A stretch of DNA of 18,844 nucleotides, from the NCBI GenBank assembly GCA_045105515.1, contig JBGCDR010000190.1, positions 1 to 18,844 of the forward strand, read 5' to 3'. The position numbers were made by a program, and so were the translations under genes. Each line of letters starts with the position of its first letter. Position 1 is the stretch's first letter. Origin of the DNA: Oligoflexales bacterium (GTDB lineage Bacteria; Bdellovibrionota_B; Oligoflexia; Oligoflexales; Bog-1112). This document shows positions 17,542-18,844 of the stretch, in pieces. The notes below the pieces were generated by a model. That model was not told the DNA's origin. It worked only from the letters and a program-made list of their open reading frames with translations, and did not search any database.

Positions 17542-18264
17542 CTATAGATCTAAATCCTTAATCAGAGATTGACTTACAAAATCCCTACCTGCCGAATGAC
17601 AGCCTACACAAAGTGCCAATCCAGGACCATAAAATGGACGACGTGAAGTGTTTGTAAAACCTTCATACCATGTCCAGTTAGAATTTCCCTTGCTAGTTGA
17701 AGTCTTTACCATTAATGCACGACCAAATTCCGTCCTTGCATCTTGCTGGTACATTATTTTAACAATAACGCTGCCAACAGGCATGGATTGATTACCAGCC
17801 CTTAATGATTTTTCTGCAGTCTGGTTTACAAAGGTTTGGGTAAATTGACCGTGGGGAGCACTAGTTTCAATAGGCTGTTCTTGTCGTAAAATCCAGTTTT
17901 GAAAAGAATTGAGAGCTAAAAAATCTTCAATACCTTGCTCAGATGTATCCTCTAAGCCATCGGTTCCAGTAGATTCTGTATTTTCTGGTGTTCCTGGTTT
18001 ATCGTTTTTCTTCTGCTGATTTCCCGAATCCTGAGTATTTTTTGGAGTAGGCTTTGTATCTTCTTTTTCTTCCTTTTCGCTTGCATTGCCTTTATTAGGT
18101 GTATCATTTCTAGTTTTACCAGTCACAACATTTCCTTCGTTATTACTAGTTTGCTCAGAATCAGTTCTCTTAATTTTTTCACGCATAATACGCATTTGAT
18201 TAGAAATACCACAGGAACTAATTAATATTCCGAGAATGAAGATCTTAAGAATAATGCTATTCAA
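17542..18264 (-). CDS. Lipoprotein with C-terminal cytochrome P460-like domain, 240 aa
   Basis: TTG 18264 with GGAGG 7 nt upstream gives MNSIILKIFILGILISS-C. Disordered linker, then PHG, FVN, PVGSVIVK, ALMVK, NWTWY and C-terminal heme motif CVGCH (17596-17610). Confidence 0.8.
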   Translation of the reverse strand: MNSIILKIFILGILISSCGISNQMRIMREKIKRTDSEQTSNNEGNVVTGKTRNDTPNKGNASEKEEKEDTKPTPKNTQDSGNQQKKNDKPGTPENTESTGTDGLEDTSEQGIEDFLALNSFQNWILRQEQPIETSAPHGQFTQTFVNQTAEKSLRAGNQSMPVGSVIVKIMYQQDARTEFGRALMVKTSTSKGNSNWTWYEGFTNTSRRPFYGPGLALCVGCHSAGRDFVSQSLIKDLDL

Positions 18265-18296
18265 TTTGTTTCCTCCAGGTTCGCCATGAACTGTAA

Positions 18297-18324
18297 TTAT
18301 CGGCATAAAAGCAAGGAAACATTA
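18297..18324 (-). promoter_or_regulatory. Putative sigma-28 (FliA) promoter of the cytochrome P460-like gene
   Basis: TAATGTTT-N12-GCCGATAA on the minus strand: perfect -10 and 7/8 match to TAAAGTTT, spacer one base longer than canonical. Confidence 0.6.
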
Positions 18325-18436
18325 ATTATTTTAAGATTCTACGTTTTCAAGTATTTATGTTGAATAATCTCAATAATTTTCGATCTTTCTAGTTTTCTTG
18401 ATAACAAGCCCTACCAGTTTCAGACATAGGGTTCAA

Positions 18437-18739
18437 TCATTCAGGTCCTTCTAAATTTGTTGACTTTAAATGATGCTTGTAAATAAATAATAAGCAACTG
18501 GTGGGGTTTTTAAATAGTTTCTGCGATAACATCTCACCATCTACCATGTTAAAGACAGCAAATTGATTACAAACCGGAGCAGCAATATAGGGTGGAACAG
18601 CATTGTTTATCTGACTTAAAGCCTGAGCAAAGCTACAAGCCTCCCCAATAGGCTTCCTGGTAAGTAAATTGAAAATCCTACTCTTACATTTATCAAGATC
18701 AATAGTATATGACTGGCAAGACGAAGATTAAGCTCCCAT
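18437..18739 (-). pseudogene. Probable interrupted ORF
   Basis: ATG GGA GCT TAA followed by 96 in-frame sense codons up to TGA at 18439-18437, then 15 more sense codons to TAG at 18391-18389. Confidence 0.45.
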
Positions 18740-18844
18740 TAACACCTACTTTCCATGTATAATCACTGAAACCGCAAAAGATATGATGTAAAAACAGAAA
18801 AAACCGCCATATAATATATATGTAATATCAACATGCTATGATTA

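Noticed and set aside
18265..18306. ATG 18306 as start of the P460-like gene
   Set aside because: It overlaps the sigma-28 -10 box; TTG 18264 has GGAGG and gives a proper lipoprotein signal.

Overview
AT-rich bacterial chromosomal window with no rRNA, tRNA, CRISPR array or mobile element. Recognisable genes are rarA, an egtB-egtD ergothioneine pair, a Chlamydia/Rickettsia-type nucleotide transporter (NTT/TLC family), a fused DhaK-DhaL dihydroxyacetone kinase, a glutathione S-transferase, a two-gene LVIVD-repeat operon and a lipoprotein cytochrome P460-like protein. Between them lie many secreted or lipoprotein genes: a DUF707 glycosyltransferase-like lipoprotein, a CX5R phosphatase resembling Siw14/PFA-DSP, a short LRR protein and several orphans. 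Sigma-28 (FliA)-like promoters precede two, possibly three, units. The ORF track misses two things: a repeat-bearing candidate small RNA at about 4.81-4.97 kb, and a probable pseudogene at 18.44-18.74 kb. By inference only, the mix suggests a flagellated organism that exploits other cells, tentatively Bdellovibrionota/Oligoflexia-like. No database searches were run; family calls rest on motif recognition.
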